DNA of 64,000 bases from an uncultured candidate division WWE3 bacterium (GTDB taxonomy: Bacteria > Patescibacteriota > WWE3 > UBA101185 > UBA10185): the NCBI GenBank assembly GCA_938004185.1, contig CALKWN010000065.1, positions 633,943 through 697,942 of the forward strand, written 5' to 3'. Each line of letters opens with the position of its first letter. The stretch's first letter is position 1. Below the pieces are notes generated by a model. The model ran no database searches and was not told where the DNA came from. It was given only the letters and a program-made list of their open reading frames with translations. This document shows, in pieces, positions 19,496 to 27,192 of the stretch. Made by a program: the position numbers and the translations under genes.

Positions 19496-20791
19496 ATGCA
19501 TTGGTTACTGATAACATATTTAAATATGCCTAATGACCTCTTTACTGTTACAGAAACAGCAGAAAAAATCGGTGTTTCAGCAGATACAATAAGACGCTGG
19601 GAAAAAATGGGTCTGATTAAATCAACACGCTCTGAGCAGAACTACAGACTTTTCAGTTTGTCCGAAGTTGAGAGAGTAAAACAGAAACAAGAAGGCACTC
19701 ACAGTCCAATTGGATTTAAAATCCTAAAGAACAATAAAAAGCACCCCTTTACAACAATCGAACTTTTCACAGGAGCCGGTGGAACTGCATTAGGTTTAGA
19801 AAATGCAGGATTCACAAATACTCTAATGGTCGAGATTGATAAGAACGCAGTCCAAACACTTAGAGTCAACAGACCGAAGTGGAATGTTATTCAAGATGAC
19901 ATAAAAAATGTATCGTTTATTGGAAAAGAAGTAGATGTGGTGGAGGGTGGTTTCCCCTGTCAATCTTTCAGCTTTGCTGGGAAAAAAATGGGATTTGAAG
20001 ACACACGAGGTACCTTGTTTTTTGAGTTTGCAAGATGTGTTAAAGAAACACGCCCGAAAGTAGCGGTTGGAGAGAATGTTAGAGGATTACTAAAACACGA
20101 TGACGGAAAAACTTTAAAAGTTATGGTCGATGTACTATCTGAACTCGGATACAAAGTGGCGTATAAAATATTAAGGGCACAATACCTGGATGTACCACAG
20201 AAAAGGGAAAGATTGATTATAATCGGTGTAAGAAATGACCTTGATATACCTATCCTGTTTCCTAAAGAAAAGGACTATTTTATTTCCATACAAGAAGCTT
20301 TAAAGGATGTTCCGGCATCGGAGGGTCAAAAATATCCTGAAAAGAAACGAAAGGTATTAGAACTAGTGCCTCCTGGGGGATACTGGAGAGACCTGCCTCT
20401 GGATATACAAAAAGACTACATGGGAGCCAGTTTTTATATGGGTGGGGGTAAAACAGGAATGGCTAGAAGACTGTCCTGGAATGAACCAAGTTTAACATTA
20501 ACCTGTGCCCCTGCTCAAAAACAAACCGAAAGGTGTCACCCAGAGGAAACAAGACCACTTTCCTATCGCGAATATGCCAGAATACAGACTTTTCCTGATG
20601 AATGGGATTTTGCTGGCTCATTAGCTTCAAAATACAAACAAATAGGAAACGCTGTTCCCGTAAATCTCGGTTATCACATAGGTAAAGCACTAATAGCAAT
20701 GCTTGAAAAAGACCCGAACCGAGAAGACTTTGTTGAGGTTAAGGAACCAGCTACAAGTAAAAACTTAAACATGCCGCTTTTCCCTAATTAA
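19496..20791 (+). CDS. DNA (cytosine-5)-methyltransferase with N-terminal MerR-type HTH
   Basis: Motif I 'FTGAGGTALGLENAGF', motif IV 'GGFPCQSFSFAGK', motif VI 'ENVRGLL'. N-terminal 'LFTVTETAEKIGVSADTIRRWEKMGLI' is a MerR-like HTH. Start at 19496 or 19526. Confidence 0.85.
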   Translation: MHWLLITYLNMPNDLFTVTETAEKIGVSADTIRRWEKMGLIKSTRSEQNYRLFSLSEVERVKQKQEGTHSPIGFKILKNNKKHPFTTIELFTGAGGTALGLENAGFTNTLMVEIDKNAVQTLRVNRPKWNVIQDDIKNVSFIGKEVDVVEGGFPCQSFSFAGKKMGFEDTRGTLFFEFARCVKETRPKVAVGENVRGLLKHDDGKTLKVMVDVLSELGYKVAYKILRAQYLDVPQKRERLIIIGVRNDLDIPILFPKEKDYFISIQEALKDVPASEGQKYPEKKRKVLELVPPGGYWRDLPLDIQKDYMGASFYMGGGKTGMARRLSWNEPSLTLTCAPAQKQTERCHPEETRPLSYREYARIQTFPDEWDFAGSLASKYKQIGNAVPVNLGYHIGKALIAMLEKDPNREDFVEVKEPATSKNLNMPLFPN

Positions 20792-20820
20792 AGTATGTAT
20801 AATATTAGTAGGTATAGAAA

Positions 20821-21432
20821 ATGAAAACACCATATATTTTTGACTATAAAAAAGCAACACAAGCAATAAACTACTTAGCTAATAAATATCCGTCAGGAAC
20901 AGTAGGCAAAATGAAGGTTATAAAACTGATATGGGCTGCCGATAGATATCATTTGAGAAAATATGGTAGACCAATAATTGGCGACGACTATGTTGCCATG
21001 CAATATGGTCCTGTCGGGTCATCAACCAAAGACATAGCCGGTAAAAATAGCTTCCTTGATGAAAAAGAAAAAAGATACGCGAACTATTATTTAGATGGAC
21101 CGATTGGTAATAATATTAAGTCACTAAGAAAGCCCGATTTGGATGTGTTTTCGGAAACAGACTTAGAAGCTTTAGACTTTTCTTATACAAACTTTGGTAA
21201 TAAAACACCGACTGAACTAGTAGACATTTCTCATCAATATCCGGAATGGAAAAAGTTTAAAGTCTATTTCGACTCAAAGGCTACAACTCGAGAACCTATG
21301 TCATACATGGACTTTTTTAAAGACCCGGAAACAACTCAAAAAAACGATGTTTTCAAAGAAGAAGATGAACTTGTAAAACTTAGTGAATCAATCTTTACCG
21401 AAAATAATACTTCTGCCCAGCAATGGACTTAA
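20821..21432 (+). CDS. Panacea-domain (DUF4065, SocA-like) antitoxin-type protein
   Basis: 'MKVIKLIWAADRYHLRKYGRPIIGDDYVAMQYGPVGSSTKDI' fits the DUF4065/Panacea core pattern (K-L-hK-L-hY-AD-HL-YG-P-G-Y-A-GPV). Confidence 0.7.
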   Translation: MKTPYIFDYKKATQAINYLANKYPSGTVGKMKVIKLIWAADRYHLRKYGRPIIGDDYVAMQYGPVGSSTKDIAGKNSFLDEKEKRYANYYLDGPIGNNIKSLRKPDLDVFSETDLEALDFSYTNFGNKTPTELVDISHQYPEWKKFKVYFDSKATTREPMSYMDFFKDPETTQKNDVFKEEDELVKLSESIFTENNTSAQQWT

Positions 21433-21436
21433 GTTG

Positions 21437-21892
21437 ATGGGTACAAGAGGTTTTACTGTGAAAATCCCCAAACAGATAGCAATAACCGTATCTCTCGAAC
21501 AAGGTACCGTGTATCTCTTTTCTGAAGAAAGTTTCGATACAACTACACCTCATTTCTTCATTATCTTAAACAAAAACCCTGTCGAAGACCCCTTTTTAAT
21601 AATGACCTGTGCTACTTCTCAAGTTGAAAAAAGGTATGAGTGGGTCAAGAAAAATGGCTTGGATTTAGAAACTATCGTTCCTATAGATGAAAGTAGCTAT
21701 AAGTTTCTGAACAGAGAAACTGTTGTCGATTGCAACCAATTACTTCAAAGGACAAAGGAAGTCTTAATGGACAAGTACGACAGTGGAAACCTAAAACTCA
21801 AAGGTAAAGTAACTCAAAAAGACCTTAATCGGATTATTAATGGGGTAAGAAAAAGTAAACTTGTAAGCAAGTCCCACAAAAACCTACTTTAA
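21437..21892 (+). CDS. Unknown protein translationally coupled to the Panacea-domain gene (candidate toxin partner)
   Basis: ATG lies 4 nt after the upstream stop. 151 aa with no recognisable domain. Confidence 0.35.
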   Translation: MGTRGFTVKIPKQIAITVSLEQGTVYLFSEESFDTTTPHFFIILNKNPVEDPFLIMTCATSQVEKRYEWVKKNGLDLETIVPIDESSYKFLNRETVVDCNQLLQRTKEVLMDKYDSGNLKLKGKVTQKDLNRIINGVRKSKLVSKSHKNLL

Positions 21893-22054
21893 GAAAAAAC
21901 TCTTTAAAGTAAAACGGGCAATAAACTTTACACATAAGCGACTACAGAGAGGGAAAAGGTCATTGACACTCTCCATCATTGAGTGCTATAAGTTTGGGCA
22001 CAAGTGAAAAAAAACAAACACTCACTGGCACAGTGAGTCCAGCCCAACACACAG

Positions 22055-22086
22055 ACCGCCAGTTTTAAATGAGGCGGTATTTTTGT
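22055..22086 (+). terminator. Candidate rho-independent terminator
   Basis: accgcc(22055-22060)...ggcggt(22073-22078) followed by atttttg. The loop is rather large (12 nt). Confidence 0.35.
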
Positions 22087-22214
22087 AACTGCAGGCACAT
22101 GAACAACTGAAGATTGAAAGGATACGCTGGTAGGTAGCATCTCCTCAAGACGACAGAACTTTACAGCACCAGGTTCGTTCGTACTTTTACGAACCTTTGA
22201 GAGGAGGTGTTTTT

Positions 22215-22343
22215 ATGTTTAATCAAAAGGGTAAAAAAAGTAATCCCGCCACCGAAATAGTAGAGGGATTCTTTTTTGACGAAGCGATAGGTCTATTTTT
22301 ACCCAATAGACTGTTGAAACTACTTGTGAGACCGACAGCATAA
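22215..22343 (+). CDS. Small ORF (42 aa) with strong RBS, unknown function
   Basis: gaggagg sits 8 nt upstream of the ATG. Product: MFNQKGKKSNPATEIVEGFFFDEAIGLFLPNRLLKLLVRPTA. Preceded by a 7-bp hairpin gttcgta/tacgaac. Confidence 0.3.
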   Translation: MFNQKGKKSNPATEIVEGFFFDEAIGLFLPNRLLKLLVRPTA

Positions 22344-22629
22344 CATCTGGTAAGTAACACAGCAAGCCAGCGTATCCTTACAGTCTTTAATAAATAATAT
22401 CACTAAATAAAACCGGACAAAACAAAAACATATGCTTTCTACCTAACTAGACTAAGACAGGTATCAAACTTCGTATAAAAGCAACTATAGGGAGCCAATA
22501 CTTTATATATTTACAAAGTACCCCCTAAACTTGCTACAAGACCCCATACATGCTATTACTACCTCAAATACAAGAAAAAACCATCCGGATTCGGTTCTTT
22601 CTTATAATTCCAAGCGAAGGAGGTACAAA

Positions 22630-22779
22630 ATGTTCTTAGCACCCGAGGATTACAACGTGATGCCGGCGGAGATGCGTGAAGGAAACTCGACATGCCCTCA
22701 GGGTTCGCAATGCATGTGCCAATGTCCCTGCAATTGTCGAAACACTACTGAGGTAAACCCTTCCACACAGGTTCGGTAA
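22630..22779 (+). CDS. Cys-rich RiPP precursor-like peptide (SCIFF/ranthipeptide-like, six Cys)
   Basis: GGAGG RBS 8 nt upstream. 49 aa: MFLAPEDYNVMPAEMREGNSTCPQGSQCMCQCPCNCRNTTEVNPSTQVR. About 100 bp upstream of the rSAM-SPASM gene. Confidence 0.55.
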   Translation: MFLAPEDYNVMPAEMREGNSTCPQGSQCMCQCPCNCRNTTEVNPSTQVR

Positions 22780-22882
22780 GCATTACGGGGAGAGGACTAC
22801 GATAATAAACCGGATAAATTATTCGTAGTTCTCTCTTTTGCACTTTAACTTTCTAATACCCAATACTAATTTGGAGGTCACC

Positions 22883-24217
22883 ATGAACTTAGCATTATCT
22901 TCCTATACACACCTGCTAAAAGTAGACGAAGCAACGTATGCTCTTTTAAACGCTTTGTGGCTTCGTGTAGTCTTTCTGCAGGAACCGTACGTGTCCGTTA
23001 TGCAAGAATCTTTGAAACACGGGCAATTACCACAAGCAACACCCAACGATATTGAAGAGAAAACGTGGGAACTCTTCAAAGATTTACTTAAAAAAGAAAT
23101 GTTTCTGGACCCGGTTGAGGACATTATTCACCTACAAAAAGTGCGTGAAGAAATGGAACAAGAACACATTTCCATAATGTATTTGATACTTTCAAATAAT
23201 TGCAACTTGCGCTGCGAATATTGCTATCTACATGAATTGCTTACACCAAAAGTCCAAAATGCACCGATGTATATGAGCGTTGAAACAATGAACAAAGCAA
23301 TTGATTATTTTGCTGACTTGGTTAACGGAGTCATTGCTCACCCCCAAATTGTACTTTATGGAGGCGAACCTACGCTTAATCCAAACATGGAATACCTAAT
23401 AAAACTGGTCTATGAAAAAATCCTGGGGGTCAATATATCTCTCGTAACAAATGGGACACTCATAACAAAGGACTTAGCAGAAATTCTTGCTAAATATCAC
23501 ATAAATGTAGGTGTCTCCATTGACGGGCCACAGAAAATACACGATACAAATCGCAAGTTCCACAATGGGCGCGGCTCTTTTGAAGAAGCCCTTAAGGGTT
23601 ACAAAACCCTGTTGGAAAAAGGCGCTCTGGCGGGGATATCCTGCACAATTACAATGCAAAACGCACCGACTCTGGTGGATACAATGCACTGGCTATTGGA
23701 TGAACAGGGAGTCCTAGGCATAGATTTCAATTTGTTAATCGATGAAGAATCCTCGGAATACCCGGAAATAGCCACCAAAGGACTCATGGAATGCTATGAG
23801 CTGGCAAAACAACGCGGTTTGCCACTGGAACGTGTGCTAAGAAGAGTACAACCATTCTCTGAGGGACGATTGAACTTACACGACTGCGGCGGCACAGGAA
23901 ACCAAATCGTAATAACCACAGATGGTAGAGTGGGAATTTGTCAGGGGTTCCTAAATTCGGGCGATTTTTTCTTTCCCTTGGAAGAAATTAAGGACCCGAA
24001 TACACACCCACTTTGGGCTGAATGGCGGAAACGCTCACCAATTAACATTGATGGGTGCCATTCTTGTCCTGCCTTTGGTATTTGCGGTGGCGGATGTTTC
24101 TACGGTCCTTACACCCGACACGGCTCCATAATGAAACTAGATCCGGTACATTGTACGCACGTGCTAGCAACGCTGGATGTTATTCTCAAAGATTTATGGA
24201 AAAAGCAGAGAGGATAA
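22883..24217 (+). CDS. Radical SAM enzyme with C-terminal SPASM domain (RiPP maturase-like)
   Basis: rSAM cluster motif 'CNLRCEYCY' (CxxxCxxC). SPASM signature 'CHSCPAFGICGGGC' (Cx2Cx5Cx3C), plus extra Cys 'HDCGGTGN...GICQGF'. ~90 aa N-terminal extension could be a precursor-recognition (RRE) domain. Confidence 0.85.
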   Translation: MNLALSSYTHLLKVDEATYALLNALWLRVVFLQEPYVSVMQESLKHGQLPQATPNDIEEKTWELFKDLLKKEMFLDPVEDIIHLQKVREEMEQEHISIMYLILSNNCNLRCEYCYLHELLTPKVQNAPMYMSVETMNKAIDYFADLVNGVIAHPQIVLYGGEPTLNPNMEYLIKLVYEKILGVNISLVTNGTLITKDLAEILAKYHINVGVSIDGPQKIHDTNRKFHNGRGSFEEALKGYKTLLEKGALAGISCTITMQNAPTLVDTMHWLLDEQGVLGIDFNLLIDEESSEYPEIATKGLMECYELAKQRGLPLERVLRRVQPFSEGRLNLHDCGGTGNQIVITTDGRVGICQGFLNSGDFFFPLEEIKDPNTHPLWAEWRKRSPINIDGCHSCPAFGICGGGCFYGPYTRHGSIMKLDPVHCTHVLATLDVILKDLWKKQRG

Positions 24218-24270
24218 CTAAAAAGAATTGTACTGCTCTACATACCCCACGGGGCAGTACAATTCTCACA

Positions 24271-25008
24271 CTAACTATCCTTAGAACTCTCTTTAAACCA
24301 TTTAATTCCATTGCTCAAATATTCATTGAAGGTTTCTCTATTTATAAAAAGGTCTTTTAATAAATCTTTTGCTTTTTGTAAGTGTGGATAATTATACAGA
24401 TAAGAATCATAGCCTCTGAGGTGTCTGGGCCATAATTCGTTTAATGTGGTATCTAGTCCCAAGATTGCGTTCGAGGTTATTTCATTCAGTCCCCAATAAT
24501 AAAAGTTTTCGTCTTTTTCTGCCTCTTCTCCAAACCTTTCATACAAAATAGACCATATGTGCGATATTAATATTTCATGTGCTGTAATACGAGCATGTTC
24601 CCCAGTAGGAACAAAAAGACCTCTTAAAACCTTATCTTCTCCAAAACTACTAACGCCCGTATTAAAAGGACTTAAGACAACAAAGAACTTATCATGGAAC
24701 CAATTGTGCGAAGTTATCTCTGGAACCCTTTTAGAAAAAATGGTGTGTATTCCTGACCAGGTATGTGCATAACCTTTAAGTGCTTGTTTAAATTCTTGCT
24801 CCAGTGGTTGATATCTTTTTGAAACATAATTTTCGGCATACTGTTGAACCATGGAGTAATCGGCTTCACCGGCAAGAGTATTAGCCACTTCCACTTCTAT
24901 ACCCATGCTTTTAGCGCGCGTTTCTCTTTCATTTGGGGCGCAATAAAACAACATAGACCAAGTTATTCCGGCATCATATTTCGAATCTTTAATAAACTCT
25001 ACCTGCAT
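24271..25008 (-). CDS. Hypothetical protein convergent with the rSAM gene
   Basis: 245 aa. 'AHEILISH' is HEx4H, not a canonical HExxH. No confident family. Confidence 0.35.
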   Translation of the reverse strand: MQVEFIKDSKYDAGITWSMLFYCAPNERETRAKSMGIEVEVANTLAGEADYSMVQQYAENYVSKRYQPLEQEFKQALKGYAHTWSGIHTIFSKRVPEITSHNWFHDKFFVVLSPFNTGVSSFGEDKVLRGLFVPTGEHARITAHEILISHIWSILYERFGEEAEKDENFYYWGLNEITSNAILGLDTTLNELWPRHLRGYDSYLYNYPHLQKAKDLLKDLFINRETFNEYLSNGIKWFKESSKDS

Positions 25009-25155
25009 AATGTTATTTTATCACTCAAACCCAGTAATAAACTGGATTGCAAATATTAACGAAATGGTACTAGATATCGTTTTTTTTTTATAAAGAAGTA
25101 TCACCGAACAAAAAGGTTATATTTCTAATAAAGTTCTGAATGGGGAGCCACACAT

Positions 25156-25194
25156 ACACTATAGGTTGACAAAATGGGGTGGGAGGGGTAGAAT
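25156..25194 (+). promoter_or_regulatory. sigma70-type promoter with conserved upstream ACACTATAGG element
   Basis: ACACTATAGG (25156-25165), then TTGACA (25166-25171), a 17-nt spacer, then TAGAAT (25189-25194). RBS aaggag and an ATG at 25258 follow. Confidence 0.6.
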
Positions 25195-25257
25195 TATCCC
25201 TTAGTCAAGCAACCGCGTAAATTTCTATGCGGATTAATCCAAAATAAGGAGATTGAA

Positions 25258-25824
25258 ATGACCGTTTTGTTTGGTTCCGTTAAGTTCTATAGCGAAAAGG
25301 GGTTTGGCTTTATCAGCCTTGATAAACCCCAAGATTTATTTTTCCATATCAAAAACTACTCAAAACCCGTTGCAACTGAGCGTGGTGTAGTTTTTGAACG
25401 CGTATATAAAAACTCTGTTCGTTACCCTCAGCCGGGGGATTCCGTAGCATTTGAAATGACTATGGGGAACAGGGGTTTTGTCGCAAACCCTTGGTGTTAT
25501 ACCGAGGATTACCATAAAGCTTTGGAAATCTTCGAAAAATGGCCGCAACCACAACGGTACAGAGTCGTTACGGTCCACGATCAGATCCACATAAGTGGGT
25601 TTGTTGGCGAACCTCACGTAACGTGGGGCGGTGAAAAAGGAGGTACGTTTGAGGAACTCTGTAGAACGTATCCCCGGGATCGTTATGACAAATTACAGTA
25701 TTTTGGTCATGACGACTTCAATGCAACACACTACATCCAGCAATTAAAGGATGGAAAGTGGGTTAACATCGAAGACCCGAGACCGTATGTGGAAGATCGG
25801 TATAGATCCAGACGTCGCTGGTAA
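25258..25824 (+). CDS. Protein with N-terminal cold-shock-like (CSD/OB) domain
   Basis: 'GSVKFYSEKGFGFIS' resembles the CspA RNP1-like region. The C-terminal ~120 aa are of unknown function. Confidence 0.5.
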   Translation: MTVLFGSVKFYSEKGFGFISLDKPQDLFFHIKNYSKPVATERGVVFERVYKNSVRYPQPGDSVAFEMTMGNRGFVANPWCYTEDYHKALEIFEKWPQPQRYRVVTVHDQIHISGFVGEPHVTWGGEKGGTFEELCRTYPRDRYDKLQYFGHDDFNATHYIQQLKDGKWVNIEDPRPYVEDRYRSRRRW

Positions 25825-25843
25825 ATGGTAAAGGGGGGAAAGC

Positions 25844-26020
25844 ATGAAAGCGGTAATAATTATGGCAATAGCCATAGTGTTAGACGCCGTGCTGGTTGTT
25901 GTGTACACAACTGCGTACATAAACAGCCCTGAGAACGGGAATAATCTTTTGCTAGCAATTTTCTGGTTTGCGCTTTATATAGGTAACGTAGTGCGCATAT
26001 ACCACTACAAAAACAGATAA
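25844..26020 (+). CDS. Small (58 aa) two-TM membrane peptide
   Basis: RBS aaagggggga. Product: MKAVIIMAIAIVLDAVLVVVYTTAYINSPENGNNLLLAIFWFALYIGNVVRIYHYKNR. Below the ORF-track size cutoff. Confidence 0.3.
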   Translation: MKAVIIMAIAIVLDAVLVVVYTTAYINSPENGNNLLLAIFWFALYIGNVVRIYHYKNR

Positions 26021-26186
26021 ACCTAACAACCCGCCGCCGTAAGGAAGTGTGCAAACACAACCCCAAGGCGGCTTTTTCTTTTCTAAAACTCATACATTAA
26101 CAACCGCTCACAAAAACTTAAAATCCTGTTGTCGCTGTTAATAAAAAATAAAGCCCATCATCGCAGTCATAGTCTATAATTTTCAC

Positions 26187-26735
26187 ATGAACAAAATATT
26201 CATAATAGGTCTGGCCGGCTCCGGTAAAACCTTCCTGGCAAACAAACTAAAAAACAGACTTAACTACCCTACCTATACGACCGATTGGATACTATATGAA
26301 AAGGACACCGACCTTAAAAGAATAAAACTTTCCGAAAAAGAGTACCTGAAGAATATCGACAAAATCCTAGCTCAAAATAAATGGATTGTAGAAGGCGTGC
26401 ATTACTTTGAAAAAATTGCGCTCGATGCTGATTTAATACTTTTTCTCGACACACCTATTTACAAAAATATTTTGGGAATAATCAGGAGGTATTTAACCGA
26501 TAAGGAATATAGAAAAACTTATAAACTTCGTGATTCTCTAGCCCTGATACATAAAACTGTCGCCGGCTACTATTCAACTCCTAAAGAAGAGCTTTTATAC
26601 TATCCGAAATACAAAGGTAGAAAAAAGTACCAAAAAGTTTTGGAAAAACACAGGGGTAAGGTTAAGGTTGTGAGAAATATACAAACCTATCTGAAAAGTC
26701 CGGATCCCCCCCCCATCCTAGTAAATAATACTTGA
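26187..26735 (+). CDS. P-loop NTPase (adenylate-kinase/FlaR topology-modulation-like)
   Basis: Walker A 'IIGLAGSGKTFLANKL' at the N-terminus. About 180 aa. Confidence 0.5.
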   Translation: MNKIFIIGLAGSGKTFLANKLKNRLNYPTYTTDWILYEKDTDLKRIKLSEKEYLKNIDKILAQNKWIVEGVHYFEKIALDADLILFLDTPIYKNILGIIRRYLTDKEYRKTYKLRDSLALIHKTVAGYYSTPKEELLYYPKYKGRKKYQKVLEKHRGKVKVVRNIQTYLKSPDPPPILVNNT

Positions 26736-26769
26736 CAAAATGTAAAGTAGTTATTACATTGTAATAGAT

Positions 26770-27192
26770 ATGGATAGAAAAAAATATAAGCAAATGAGGG
26801 TTTTTATAGCCTTTTTCGTGGGATTGATTGTTTCTATAGCTTCCACAAGAGGGAGCTATCTTTTGGCGGTAGCCGGAGTAGTTACCGGAATGGTCTTCAT
26901 GGCTCTGGTTCGTTCTAAAGTAAAAATCCCGACAGACGAAAGAGAATTAGCTATTCAAGAAAAGGCGGCCAGAATGGCCTACGCAATATTTGCCCCGACT
27001 CTGGGTATAGCATCTTTCTTACTACTTCTCCCTTCAAAAGGGGGAATTTCTGTTTTCAGCAAAGGCGAGTGGCTATACATTGAATCTTTAGGAATGGTTT
27101 TTGCATACCTCGCACTTTTTTTAATTATCATCTACGCCATCTCGTATCATTTTTTTAACAAAAAGCTCGGGGGCGGTGGTAATGAAAAATAA
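26770..27192 (+). CDS. Membrane protein (DUF2178-like) paired with an XRE regulator
   Basis: 140 aa, 4 TM helices. Overlaps the downstream HTH gene by 17 nt. Confidence 0.4.
   Translation: MDRKKYKQMRVFIAFFVGLIVSIASTRGSYLLAVAGVVTGMVFMALVRSKVKIPTDERELAIQEKAARMAYAIFAPTLGIASFLLLLPSKGGISVFSKGEWLYIESLGMVFAYLALFLIIIYAISYHFFNKKLGGGGNEK

Noticed and set aside
22531-22779. Longer 82-aa version of the Cys-rich ORF starting at 22531
   Set aside because: The upstream ATG lacks an RBS. The internal ATG at 22630 is preceded by GGAGG at optimal spacing and gives a 49-aa peptide of typical RiPP-precursor size, so I prefer the short form.
24271-25008. Calling the 245-aa protein a leader peptidase or zinc protease for the RiPP
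   Set aside because: Its only His/Glu cluster is HEILISH (HEx4H), not a canonical HExxH or other protease signature. Position alone is insufficient, so it is left as hypothetical.
13878-25150. Treating the 9-11-nt 'GGGAGCCA(AT)' matches at 22490 and 25142 as proven attR sites
   Set aside because: The matches are short, and a 9-mer is expected about 0.5 times by chance in this window. I kept them as supporting hints only, inside the island finding, rather than annotating att features.
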